From positions 22,710-86,709 of the IMG/VR virus record IMGVR_UViG_2862421350_000002: a DNA stretch of 64,000 bases; one strand, 5' to 3'. The stretch's first letter is position 1. Every line of letters starts with the position of its first letter. This DNA is from a virus (Duplodnaviria; Caudoviricetes). Shown here one piece after another: positions 19,500-28,133 of the stretch. The notes beneath the pieces are model-generated. The model was not told the origin of the DNA. It saw nothing but the letters and a program-made list of their open reading frames with translations, and did not search any database. The translations under genes and the position numbers were made by a program.

Positions 19500-19817
19500 A
19501 TGTACGTGGACGCTGCGACCATCGGCGCCGTCGGAACGATCGTCGTCGGGCTCGCAGCGGCTGCGGCTGCTCTGATCGGACAGCGCACCAACGCGAGGGC
19601 CACCCACCAAGGGGTTGTGATGACCGGGTTCGGTGGGCTCGTCAACGAGCTCCAGGAGGAACGGGCCGACCTCCGCGAGAAGCTCGCCCAAGCGCACGCC
19701 GAGCTGGCTGGGGAACGCTCCGACAAGGCCCAGCTGCACGCGCAGATCGCACAGTTGCAAGCCGAGATCGCCGAACGTGACCGCCAGATCGCCGCCCTAC
19801 GGAGGACCGCCCCGTGA
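19500..19817 (+). CDS. Membrane-anchored coiled-coil protein (lysis cassette)
   Basis: N-terminal TM followed by heptad repeats; start is ATG 19500 or GTG 19506. Confidence 0.7.
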   Translation: MYVDAATIGAVGTIVVGLAAAAAALIGQRTNARATHQGVVMTGFGGLVNELQEERADLREKLAQAHAELAGERSDKAQLHAQIAQLQAEIAERDRQIAALRRTAP

Positions 19818-20497
19818 CCCGCCATCGCCCTGAAGGGATACTCGCTCGCCGCTGGCGGTCGCTCGCCGTCGCCGCGGTGCTTGCCGTGTTGTCCGGCGCG
19901 ATCGTGCTGGTGTGGCTGCGCATCGATGCTGAGGCGCAGCGCACCGCGAATGTGGCGGCTGAGGCGGACCGGCGCGGTGACGCGGTGTCGACGCTGGCCG
20001 GGGACGTGCGCACCCTACGCGCGCAGATCCAGGCCGAGGGCGGCACCCCTGCTGCACCGGACCCGGCGGCGGCGGTCGATGACCTGCCGGACCGGGTCGA
20101 GGTCCCGGTGCCGATCCCCGGGCCGTCGGGCCCGCGCGGGCAGAAGGGCGAGGCGGGCACTCCTGGGAAGGACGGTACGGACGGGGAGCCGGGCGCGGCT
20201 GGGTCGCCGGGTCCGGCAGTCACGGGAGAGCCCGGCCGGGACGGGGTGAACGGCGCCGACGGAACCGACGGAGCACAGGGAATCCAGGGTGAGCGCGGCG
20301 AGAAGGGCGAGCCCGGCGAGCGCGGCCAGGCGGGTCCTCCTGGCCCGGCCTGCCCCGACGGATTCAGTCTCCAGCCGCCGCCGGGTGATCCGGATGGGCT
20401 GATGTGCCGGCGTGATGGTGCGCCACCGCCGGAGACTCCTGCCGGGTCACCGAGCCCGCTCGCTCTGGCGCTCGATCCGCGCCGCCAGTACCCATGA
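19814..20497 (+). CDS. Membrane-anchored collagen-like protein
   Basis: N-terminal TM, Gly-X-Y repeats, terminal C-P-D-G...C pair. Confidence 0.8.
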   Translation: MTRHRPEGILARRWRSLAVAAVLAVLSGAIVLVWLRIDAEAQRTANVAAEADRRGDAVSTLAGDVRTLRAQIQAEGGTPAAPDPAAAVDDLPDRVEVPVPIPGPSGPRGQKGEAGTPGKDGTDGEPGAAGSPGPAVTGEPGRDGVNGADGTDGAQGIQGERGEKGEPGERGQAGPPGPACPDGFSLQPPPGDPDGLMCRRDGAPPPETPAGSPSPLALALDPRRQYP

Positions 20498-20530
20498 TCG
20501 CGACGTGAAAGGGGCGGTCTGCCTGCCTAC

Positions 20531-20570
20531 CTGTCCTATAGTTTTGCGACTTTAATAACGTGATCTTGCT
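20531..20570. repeat. 40-bp inverted repeat, copy A
   Basis: CTGTCCTATAGTTTTGCGACTTTAATAACGTGATCTTGCT matches the reverse complement of 32481-32520 at 39 of 40 positions. Confidence 0.95.
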
Positions 20571-20735
20571 CAGATCTCCGGCCACGCTCCGCCGCTCATC
20601 GGCAATCCCCGGGTTACCGCAAAGCCGCTGGTCAGAACGGATTGTCAGTGGTCCCGTCTACCGTGGATTGGGTACGGACTGCCGGGAAGCCACGGGGCTT
20701 CGGGAGCACGTCAGTCCCTGGCCCGGGGAGGCCGC

Positions 20736-21014
20736 ATGGCAAGGAGCAAGGTCACGTTCGACTCGAACGCGTTCCGCCGGAACCTGAACAAGGTCGCGAA
20801 CGAGGCGGCAGGGAAGGTCGGGGCGAAGATCTCGGCGGTGCTGAATGGCATGTCGTCGGAGTTCGAGGGCCGGCCGGTGGAGGAGATCAAGCCGGTGTTG
20901 CAGCAGCGTTGGGCTGGTGTGGCTGGTGGGTCGATTACGGATCCGGAGTTGTCGGAATATGCAGCGAAGATCGCGGCGGGTGAGACGTTCGACGTGAAGG
21001 TCAACGTACGCTGA
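20736..21014 (+). CDS. Hypothetical protein
   Basis: SD GGAGG, good codon bias, followed by a terminator. Confidence 0.7.
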   Translation: MARSKVTFDSNAFRRNLNKVANEAAGKVGAKISAVLNGMSSEFEGRPVEEIKPVLQQRWAGVAGGSITDPELSEYAAKIAAGETFDVKVNVR

Positions 21015-21018
21015 CACG

Positions 21019-21056
21019 GTGATGCCCCCGGCCACTTGTCCTGGCCGGGGCATCAC
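21019..21056. terminator. Bidirectional hairpin between convergent genes
   Basis: GTGATGCCCC(C)GGCCA / TGGCCGGGGCATCAC stem. Confidence 0.7.
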
Positions 21057-21066
21057 GCTGTGCGGG

Positions 21067-21306
21067 CTACTGCTCGGTTACGAGGAGGGCGGCAGGGGTT
21101 CCACCGGCGCTCCGGATCGGGGACACCTTCCACCCCTCGCCCTCCAGGGCGTACCTGATCTCATCGGCCCCGAGGCCTGCGCGCCCGAGGTGCACAGTGA
21201 CCCTCCCGTTATCCGGGACTCCGGGGGTGGCGTGCTCGATTCGCTCGATCAGGTGTCGCTGATCGGCTACGAACGCAGCATCGGCAACGGCTTCGATTGA
21301 AGGCAT
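21067..21306 (-). CDS. Hypothetical protein
   Basis: MPSIEAVADAAF..., SD GAGGA. Confidence 0.6.
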   Translation of the reverse strand: MPSIEAVADAAFVADQRHLIERIEHATPGVPDNGRVTVHLGRAGLGADEIRYALEGEGWKVSPIRSAGGTPAALLVTEQ

Positions 21307-21317
21307 GGTCGTGGTCC

Positions 21318-21713
21318 TCACCGCTCGGGGCCGAGGGCTCGGATGGTGGTGCACGGCCAGCTGATGTCGCCGTGGTTGGAGCACACGTCACAGTAGGCCC
21401 CGGTTCCGGCGTCGGAGTCGCGCTTCTCGTGGAGTGCACGCACCCGCTGGATGGCGTCGCGCTGCTCGGCGAGCTTGGTGACGAACTGGGGGATGGTGTG
21501 GGTGTTCAGGTGCTCCAGGAGCACGGCGTCGATCTGTTCGATGTGGAGCCGTGCGGTGTCGGCCGCCATGCGCGTTACGACGTCGGAGATCGTCTCGCTG
21601 GGGCCCTGGGTGTAGCGGTTGGGGTTGTCTTCGGCGGTGGCCTGGGGTGCGTCGTGGTGCCACCCGCAGTCGAGTGGGCATTGGTAGCGCATCGTCGGGC
21701 CGTAGGTCTGCAT
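21318..21713 (-). CDS. Hypothetical Cys/His-rich phage protein
   Basis: CPLDCGWHH, LEHLNTH and YCDVC...WPC.T motifs. Confidence 0.65.
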   Translation of the reverse strand: MQTYGPTMRYQCPLDCGWHHDAPQATAEDNPNRYTQGPSETISDVVTRMAADTARLHIEQIDAVLLEHLNTHTIPQFVTKLAEQRDAIQRVRALHEKRDSDAGTGAYCDVCSNHGDISWPCTTIRALGPER

Positions 21714-21721
21714 GGTGGTCC

Positions 21722-22027
21722 TCACTGGTCGCTCTTGTGGGGCTTCTTCTCGTGGTTGCGCATGCTGGCCGGTGCTCCGATGTAGCCGCATCGCTCGCAC
21801 TCTTCCCACCCGGCGTCTTCGCGTGCTTTGTGGGTGACGGAGTGGCTGGGGCCGAAGCCCTTGGCGTGGAGCATCTGGGCGACGGAGCCGCCGTATTCGA
21901 CGGCGATGAGGGCGGCTTCGGCGACCTTGTCGTGGCCTCGGGCGAAGAAGCTGCCGAGGCCGATGTCGGTGCCGCAGCCGCAGAAACACTTGCCGGTGGG
22001 GATGAGGCGGGGGAGGCTCTTCGTCAT
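21722..22027 (-). CDS. Zn-binding hypothetical protein
   Basis: CFCGCG....FF.RGHD and CERC; -10-like TACCTT 7 nt before the ATG suggests a leaderless mRNA. Confidence 0.7.
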   Translation of the reverse strand: MTKSLPRLIPTGKCFCGCGTDIGLGSFFARGHDKVAEAALIAVEYGGSVAQMLHAKGFGPSHSVTHKAREDAGWEECERCGYIGAPASMRNHEKKPHKSDQ

Positions 22028-22129
22028 GCAGACCAAGGTAGCGCTTCTTGGTTGGCATTCATAGTCACTTTTCAAGAATGTGGGGCGGTCGGGGGCAGCA
22101 ACTCGCCCCATCGGGCGCACCCTTGAACC

Positions 22130-22273
22130 ATGAGCACTGACTCGACTCCCCGCGAGGTCGAGGCGCCCAGCCCCGACGACACCGCGCACCCCGGCGAACC
22201 ACCCGACCCGCCGGAGCGGCCGCGCGAACCGGGCGCCCGGCCGGCCCCGCTGTCCCGGCTGCTGTTCCCGTGA
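22130..22273 (+). CDS. Small Pro-rich ORF (47 aa)
   Basis: MSTDSTPREVEAPSPDD...LSRLLFP; possibly leaderless. Confidence 0.35.
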   Translation: MSTDSTPREVEAPSPDDTAHPGEPPDPPERPREPGARPAPLSRLLFP

Positions 22274-22467
22274 CGCGGATGCTGGGCGCCTGGTCGTCGC
22301 CGTGGTGCCCGTACTGTCGTGGCCCGGCGGGGGTGGACTGCCCGGACCGGTCGTGGTCGAAGAAGCAGCAGCGGGCGCGGGAGGAACGGGCCTGGCGGCG
22401 GGAACTTTTCCAATTCCCCCTCTACACTATTAAGGTCGACGAAATGTAAAGGGTGGGGCACAGCATC

Positions 22468-23367
22468 ATGCCGCGAGCGCTGACCGATGAGCAGGTCGAG
22501 GAAGTCCGCGCCCTGTACGCCCAAGGGGTCAGGACCGTAGAGATCGCTGAGCGGTACGGCGTTTCCCGCCCCACCGTCCTCAAGGCCGTCCCTGCGGAGG
22601 AACGGCGGCCGCGAGGCCCATGGAAGCCGTTCACGGAAGCCGAGGAGGTGGTCGCGAAGTACCGGAGCGGTCAGACCATCGTTGCCCTCGCCGAGGCATA
22701 CGGCGTCGACACGACGAAGATCCGCCGGATTCTCATAGATGCTGGCGTCGAGAGGCGGCCCGCTAAGCCCCCTGCGCTTGACCTGCCAGCGAAGGAGATC
22801 GCCGACGCCTATCGCTCGGGTAAGACACTTCGCGCGATCGCCGCCGTCTACGGCGTTACTCCTGACCCGATCCGGCGTGTGCTGGCCGAGCAGGGCGTGG
22901 AGACGAGGTCGACCGGGTACGCCCCCTCGCTCAGCAGCGAGCAGAAGGAGGAGGCCCGCAGGCTGCGCGAGCAAGGTGCCAGCACCCTCGAACTCGCGGA
23001 ACGGTTCAGTGTGTCGCGAGCCGTCATGCAGGCAGCCGTTCGAGGTGTCCGAGGTCCCAACTCGGGCGAGAAGACTCGTCAGACAGACGCCGAGATCGTT
23101 GCCGCCTACGAACGAGGGGTAAGCATCCAGGAGCTAGCGCGCCGCAATGGAATGGCTCACCCCACCGTTACCAAGGTACTGAAGGACGCAGGTGTGGCGC
23201 TCCGTGGACGTGGCGCTCCTCGAAAAGGCCTGCCGGAGCACGAGATCCTTGAGAGAGCCAATTCGGGTGAGAAGCTGACTGATCTGGCCAAGGCGTACGG
23301 CATCAGCGATCCGACCCTCCGGCGCGTGCTCCGGGAGGGCGGGTTCCGCTTTCAGCGCTCCCGTTGA
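22468..23367 (+). CDS. Protein with six tandem helix-turn-helix domains
   Basis: Six Y..G.(T/S)...LA..YGV....(V/I)..(V/I)L units. Confidence 0.8.
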   Translation: MPRALTDEQVEEVRALYAQGVRTVEIAERYGVSRPTVLKAVPAEERRPRGPWKPFTEAEEVVAKYRSGQTIVALAEAYGVDTTKIRRILIDAGVERRPAKPPALDLPAKEIADAYRSGKTLRAIAAVYGVTPDPIRRVLAEQGVETRSTGYAPSLSSEQKEEARRLREQGASTLELAERFSVSRAVMQAAVRGVRGPNSGEKTRQTDAEIVAAYERGVSIQELARRNGMAHPTVTKVLKDAGVALRGRGAPRKGLPEHEILERANSGEKLTDLAKAYGISDPTLRRVLREGGFRFQRSR

Positions 23368-23488
23368 GCCTGGCCGCGAATCGGGGCGATCCTTAGGATC
23401 GCGCACACAGCAGAAACGGCGGCGACCTCCGGATGCGGACCCGCGATAAGCTCACTTGCGTCCACTTAGCCTGATTCGTGAGGGTTCC

Positions 23489-23764
23489 ATGGTCCAGCAC
23501 GCTGCTACGTGCCCGCTCTACCCGACTCACTGGCTCCGGTTCGCCGTGGCCACGACCGGACTCCTCCTCCAGGACCCGCCCGACCCGGGCGGAGACCGGA
23601 TCTCGGCGATGATGCTGACCGACGCGCTCGCCCACCTTGCCGAGCTCCCGAATTGGGAGACCGTCACCCTGAAGGATGTCGTGGACCAGGTGGACTGGGT
23701 GGAGAGTTCTCCCAACCGCGAGTGGCTGCGGTCGCAGTGCACCTGCGGAGCTCTGGACGGCTGA
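23489..23764 (+). CDS. Hypothetical protein
   Basis: H...CP and CTCG termini. Confidence 0.5.
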   Translation: MVQHAATCPLYPTHWLRFAVATTGLLLQDPPDPGGDRISAMMLTDALAHLAELPNWETVTLKDVVDQVDWVESSPNREWLRSQCTCGALDG

Positions 23765-23805
23765 GCCAGCGTCGCACCTGAGCAGGCGGACCGTTGCGTC
23801 TCACC

Positions 23806-23828
23806 TCGGATAACCTTTCGTTATCCGA
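23806..23828. other. Putative tyrosine recombinase crossover site (lox/dif-like)
   Basis: TCGGATAA-CCTTTCG-TTATCCGA: inverted arms with an asymmetric spacer, 17 bp upstream of the recombinase gene. Confidence 0.75.
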
Positions 23829-23845
23829 TCACTCAGGAGGATCGC

Positions 23846-24907
23846 GTGGGAAACGCCCCCGCACCCATCCCGGAGTCCGACGAGGCGCTCACGCTCCGCT
23901 GGGCCGAACGACACGGCGTCGACACTGCCCGCCGGCTGGTCGACGCGGAGAACCTCGCCGACGCAGTTGCGCGCGAGATCACCCCCGACAACACGATCGA
24001 CACCTACGCCAAGTCCTGGCGCGTGTGGAAACGGTTCTGCGTGTCCCAGAACTTCCCCCTCACCGAAGGAACCCGCGGCTCCCTCGTCGCCTTCGCCGTC
24101 TGGATGCTCCGCGAGGGCCGACAGGACGGCACCGGCTACGCACCCACCGCCGCCAAGACCCACCTGGCGGCCACCGCTGTGGGGTTGCGCCAGCGGGGCC
24201 ACCCGGTGAGCAAGGACGTATTTGCTGAAGCCCGCGACGCCCTCGACGGCCTGGCCGTGCAACTCCTCAAGGCGGGTGAACGTCGGGGCCGCGGCAAGGC
24301 AGTGGCCGCCAGCGTCGATGGGTTGAGCATGATTGTCCGCGCCTGCCCGCCCGACCTGACCGGGCTCAGGGACAAGGCCCTCGTGCTCACCGGCTTCAAC
24401 TTCGCCTCGCGCGCCTCCGAACCGGCAGGACTGCTGGCCGGTGACATCACGGTGCAGCCGCGCGGCATGGTCGTCTCCGTCCTCACCGGCAAAACGCGGT
24501 ACTCCGTACGGGAAGCGAAGATCCCGTACTCGCAGACACCTGAACTCTGCCCGGTACGGGCTTGGATCGCCTACCGCGAGCAGCTCGTCGCCGAGCACGG
24601 GTCGAAGTGGGCCGCCCCCTCCACGCCGGCCTTCGTCGCCATCAGCCGCTGGGGAAAGGTAACGGGAGGCCTCGGTCCGGACGGCGTCACCCGTGCCATC
24701 AAGCGGATCTCCGCCCGCGCCCAGGTCCCGATCGTCTGGACCGGCCACTCTCTGCGCGCCGGCCTCGCGACCGAGGGACGCAGGAAGGGCAAGGACGCTG
24801 TCTCCATCTCCCGCCAGGGTGGATGGGCTCCCAACAGCCGCGAGATGCTCGGGTACATGCGAACGGCTGACGAATGGGACGACAATGCCTCCGCGGGACT
24901 GACCTGA
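23846..24907 (+). CDS. Cre-like tyrosine recombinase (multimer resolvase)
   Basis: SAM-like N-domain (NTIDTYAKSW), RDKAL...ASRASE, GKT, HSLRAG, GGW, GYMR: complete R-K-H-R-W-Y set. Confidence 0.9.
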   Translation: MGNAPAPIPESDEALTLRWAERHGVDTARRLVDAENLADAVAREITPDNTIDTYAKSWRVWKRFCVSQNFPLTEGTRGSLVAFAVWMLREGRQDGTGYAPTAAKTHLAATAVGLRQRGHPVSKDVFAEARDALDGLAVQLLKAGERRGRGKAVAASVDGLSMIVRACPPDLTGLRDKALVLTGFNFASRASEPAGLLAGDITVQPRGMVVSVLTGKTRYSVREAKIPYSQTPELCPVRAWIAYREQLVAEHGSKWAAPSTPAFVAISRWGKVTGGLGPDGVTRAIKRISARAQVPIVWTGHSLRAGLATEGRRKGKDAVSISRQGGWAPNSREMLGYMRTADEWDDNASAGLT

Positions 24908-26013
24908 TGCCTACGAGTGGAGCCGACGTGACCCCGAAGGTGTACGAGGCGGCGTCGGTGCGGCAGCTGTCCGCGGTGGTGGACGGCATGACCGGCACGG
25001 TGTCCGACAGCCGACTGCGGCAGTTGCGGATGGTCGTCGGCATGTTCGACCGGGCGGTGGGCCGGGACGAGATGCCGGGCAGGGCGTCCCGGTCAGCAGC
25101 CCAGTTGTTCACGTGGGCGGCGCTACGCCCGTTCTGGGAGCTGGCGGCCGCCGGGGAACTGCGGCATTGGGAGAAGGACATCGGGAAACCGCTGCCGGTG
25201 ACCACGCTGCGGGTGGTGCGGAACTGCTTGGAGGTTCTGGCTGGCCGGGTGCTGCCTGCGGGTCGGCGGGTGCGGTTGCCGGAGCTGGAGGCGCCTGTGC
25301 TGAAGTCGACGGTGGATGACCGGTCGTTGGCCGCCTTGTATCGGGGGATGGTGGATCTGGCGGCGACAGGGCCGTTGGTGCGGGACGGGACGGCCCTGTC
25401 GCCGGAAGACCGGGCGCGGACGTTGGCGATGGTGGCGGTGCTGCTGGATGCGGGGCTGCGGTCGGGGGAGATGGCCGCGCAGACGTTGTCGGACCTGGCA
25501 CCGGGGGTGGCGGCGGTGGGGGTGCGCCGGCGGGCCCAGCGGCGGGACGAGGCTCGGGCCGGGGAGGTTGCCGCGGTGACAGGGCTGCACCCGTCGACCG
25601 TGACGAAGGTGTTGTCCGGGTTGGGGCATGACCGGTCGTTGGCGACGGAGGCCCGGGTCCTGGAGGCTGCCGCGGCGTTGCCGCCGGTGCCGGAGGTGGA
25701 GTGGTTCGAGCTGCGGGAGGGGTCCCGGGTGGCGGTGCGCCGGTGGCTGGCCGTGCGGGAGCTGCTGGTGTCGGAGGATGTGCCGTTGACGGGGCAGCGG
25801 ACAGCGTTGTGGGTGACGTTGACGCCGTCGAAGGCGGGGCCGATCGGGATCCCGCTGCGTCCACAGGGGCTCAGGCAGGCGTATGCGCGGGGGATCACGG
25901 CGTTGAACTGGGTGATGGCCGCGTCGCATGGGTGGGAGCCGTTGCCGACGACGATGGAGCAGGTGCGCCGGTCGGTGGACGTGGTGCCGCTGCTGGACCC
26001 GCCCGGGGTGTGA
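24907..26013 (+). CDS. Tyrosine-recombinase-like protein lacking the catalytic C-terminus, with an inserted LacI-type HTH
   Basis: LLDAGLRSGEM box I present; TMEQVRRS replaces HxLRH; no downstream Tyr; TGATG-coupled to the recombinase. Confidence 0.7.
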   Translation: MPTSGADVTPKVYEAASVRQLSAVVDGMTGTVSDSRLRQLRMVVGMFDRAVGRDEMPGRASRSAAQLFTWAALRPFWELAAAGELRHWEKDIGKPLPVTTLRVVRNCLEVLAGRVLPAGRRVRLPELEAPVLKSTVDDRSLAALYRGMVDLAATGPLVRDGTALSPEDRARTLAMVAVLLDAGLRSGEMAAQTLSDLAPGVAAVGVRRRAQRRDEARAGEVAAVTGLHPSTVTKVLSGLGHDRSLATEARVLEAAAALPPVPEVEWFELREGSRVAVRRWLAVRELLVSEDVPLTGQRTALWVTLTPSKAGPIGIPLRPQGLRQAYARGITALNWVMAASHGWEPLPTTMEQVRRSVDVVPLLDPPGV

Positions 26014-26018
26014 GCGGG

Positions 26019-26225
26019 TCAGGTGCCGGGGATGGTGTCCTGGTCGACTTCGTGGGGTGCGGCGGCTTGTGGCCGGCGGGCGGGATCGCAGTCCGGCCCC
26101 CATCCGTTCAGGCGTGAGCTGAGCGCGGTCAGCGGGCGTCCGCAGCGTCGGCAGTACCGGTGTCGGTAGCCGGTTGCGGGGTCGTTGATGAGGGTGGGCT
26201 GCTGGTTCCGGTGGGTGCGGGCCAT
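26019..26225 (-). CDS. DUF6011-like Zn-finger protein
   Basis: CRRCGRPLT..SS...GWGPDC. Confidence 0.7.
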   Translation of the reverse strand: MARTHRNQQPTLINDPATGYRHRYCRRCGRPLTALSSRLNGWGPDCDPARRPQAAAPHEVDQDTIPGT

Positions 26226-26250
26226 GGGTTCAGTGTCCGGTGTGGTGGCG

Positions 26251-26338
26251 GCTGGTGCGAGGTGCGGTCTACAATCGCCGTGATCTCACGGTTGTGCCCG
26301 TGAGCGAGGCCACCACCCAAACGGGGCGGTGGCCTTCG
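26251..26338 (+). ncRNA. Candidate promoter plus ~60-nt two-hairpin RNA
   Basis: GCTG-N11-GGTCTACAATCGCC shared with 38814-38842; hairpins CTCACGG/CCGTGAG and GAGGCCACC/GGTGGCCTT follow. Confidence 0.35.
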
Positions 26339-26616
26339 GCGTTCACGGGGTCAGGCGGCCCGGTGGAGTGCGAGGCAGTCCGGGCACCAGCGCTCGTTCT
26401 CCTTCACCAGCCGGACCGGCACGTCCTGCTTCGGCCCGGGCGCTACGATCCCCTCTTCCTTGCTGCACGCGATGGGGTGGAAGTCGCATTCCCCGGTGCA
26501 CCGGTGGCCGGGGGCGGGCTTGTGCCAGACGGTCTGGTCGGGGGTGCGGCCGTAGCCGGGGACACGTTCCGAGACGGCGAGCATGGCTTCTCCTTCGGCG
26601 TTCACGGGGTCAGGCG
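26333..26616. repeat. 25-bp perfect direct repeat flanking one small gene
   Basis: CCTTCGGCGTTCACGGGGTCAGGCG at 26333-26357 and 26592-26616. Confidence 0.9.
26351..26584 (-). CDS. Small Cys-rich hypothetical protein
   Basis: SD AAGGAG; WH...C...WCPDC. Confidence 0.65.
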   Translation of the reverse strand: MLAVSERVPGYGRTPDQTVWHKPAPGHRCTGECDFHPIACSKEEGIVAPGPKQDVPVRLVKENERWCPDCLALHRAA

Positions 26617-26897
26617 CCCCGAGTGGCGCTGGCGTCCTGCGCGGCAACACGGAGGCGGGCATATCGCAGGGGCGACTTGGCCTGGAAGAAGTGGCCGCGA
26701 CGGTACTCCCGAACCTGCTCCCCGCCCTCATCGGTCAGGGCCAGGTAGCTGATGGAGCCGTAGGCGCTGAAGAGCCGGATGGCGGCCTCTTCGGCTGCCG
26801 ACTCGCTCTCAACCGGGCGGGGCTCGATGTGGGGTGTCGGGTACTGCTGGTGCCGTCCGTCGCGGATGCCGCCGGTCATGGGGTGCAGGGTGAGCAT
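26610..26897 (-). CDS. Hypothetical protein
   Basis: SD TAAGGAG; MLTLHPMTGG... Confidence 0.7.
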   Translation of the reverse strand: MLTLHPMTGGIRDGRHQQYPTPHIEPRPVESESAAEEAAIRLFSAYGSISYLALTDEGGEQVREYRRGHFFQAKSPLRYARLRVAAQDASATRGA

Positions 26898-26907
26898 GGT
26901 GTTCTCC

Positions 26908-27306
26908 TTATGCGGCGAGGCTGGTGTGAGTCTGGTCGATGCGGCGGCTCGGGAGGTAGTCCCGGCCGAGTTCGCGGGCGATGAGTTGTGCGGGGCTACG
27001 CACCACGATGACCGCACCCGCCGGGGTCGTTGCCTCCGGGCGGTCCAGGACGAACGCCATGCGGTGCAGGGTGTAGCTGACGATCTTGTGGACCAGGAAG
27101 CCCCGGGCCTCTCCCCGGAGGCGGCACATGGCGCGGACCTCGATGCGGCCGGACTTCGTGGTGCGGATGTCATACGGCTCGATCGTCCGGATGGACTCGG
27201 TGCCGTCCTGGTCGAGGTAGGTGATGGTGACGGCTTCGGCGCGGTCCAGGGCTCGGTACAGGTCGGTGAGGGTCTTGGTGCTGGTCTGCTGGTTGGTGTG
27301 TCGCAT
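26908..27306 (-). CDS. Stand-alone WYL domain protein
   Basis: L.RAL....VTITY....G.ES.RTIEPY.I.....Y-like..AMCRLRGEAR.F...KI; no N-terminal HTH. Confidence 0.8.
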   Translation of the reverse strand: MRHTNQQTSTKTLTDLYRALDRAEAVTITYLDQDGTESIRTIEPYDIRTTKSGRIEVRAMCRLRGEARGFLVHKIVSYTLHRMAFVLDRPEATTPAGAVIVVRSPAQLIARELGRDYLPSRRIDQTHTSLAA

Positions 27307-27338
27307 CTTGTGCCCCCGCGTCTCGTGGTGTTGTGAAG

Positions 27339-27440
27339 ACAGTACCTATATTCCATGGCGTACGCAATAGGAATGGGGTACGGTGGTCACACCAGGAACC
27401 GCCTGGAGTACCCGCAAGCCCAACAGCTGTGGCGTACGCA
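27339..27440. promoter_or_regulatory. Overlapping divergent promoters with a repeated operator
   Basis: Leftward TTGCGT-17-TACTGT, rightward TGGCGT-17-TACGGT; TGGCGTACGCA at 27356 and 27430. Confidence 0.65.
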
Positions 27441-27462
27441 CTACAAAAAGGAGGACACTGGC

Positions 27463-28053
27463 GTGGCACACACCCCCATCACGCGCCCGCCTGGCCGCCC
27501 CCGGTCCGATCGGCGCGCGTCGCCGAGAGGACCCCGCCCCGTGGCACTCCGCCCCGAAGACCAGAAGCGCGTCAACGACCTCACCGAAGCCGCCCAGCAC
27601 CTCCGTACCACCGGTGCCCCACAGCTCGCGGACAGCGTTGACTACGTCCTGTCCATGGACGGTCTCGCGTTCATCGGCCGACTGAGGTTGGAGCGCATGC
27701 ACACGCAGGCCGCCGAGGGTGACCTCGACCCGAACCTGCCGATGGCGATGCCGCGCCCCGTCCGGGACCAGATCAAGTCGACGGCCCGTCAGCAGGGTCG
27801 GGATTTGACAGCGGAGGCGCACAAGGCGCTGGAGGAGTTTTGCGCTGGCCGGTTCACTCCGGACCGCCCGGTTCGCGCCGCACATGGTTCGGGCGAGGTG
27901 AAGGTGAACCTGAATCTTCGGGTTAACGCCGACCTGCGGGCCCGGGCGGAGAAGCACGGTAAGGACGTGGCCGCCGAGCTGGGCTGGGCGCCGCGCGCTT
28001 CGCATGTCATCACTGGCTGGCTGATCCGGGAGTTCACCGGGGCCAGTAGGTAG
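27463..28053 (+). CDS. Tandem ribbon-helix-helix DNA-binding protein (candidate repressor)
   Basis: NLPMAMPRPVRDQIK...ALEEF and KVNLNLRVNADLRARA...VITGWL; SD AAGGAGG before GTG 27463. Confidence 0.65.
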   Translation: MAHTPITRPPGRPRSDRRASPRGPRPVALRPEDQKRVNDLTEAAQHLRTTGAPQLADSVDYVLSMDGLAFIGRLRLERMHTQAAEGDLDPNLPMAMPRPVRDQIKSTARQQGRDLTAEAHKALEEFCAGRFTPDRPVRAAHGSGEVKVNLNLRVNADLRARAEKHGKDVAAELGWAPRASHVITGWLIREFTGASR

Positions 28054-28133
28054 TGCCCACCCCGTGACGGGGTGGGTTCGGACGCCGACACCCGGGCCTG
28101 CCCCCGCACAGCGATAACCCCATAGGAGACCTC

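Noticed and set aside
23846-24907. Recombinase as a chromosomal integrase
   Set aside because: No arm-binding N-domain or tRNA-like attP seen; Cre-like residues and parABS favour resolution, though integration is not excluded
26333-26616. 25-bp direct repeat as a mini-CRISPR
   Set aside because: Only two copies, the 234-bp spacer is a gene, and there are no cas genes
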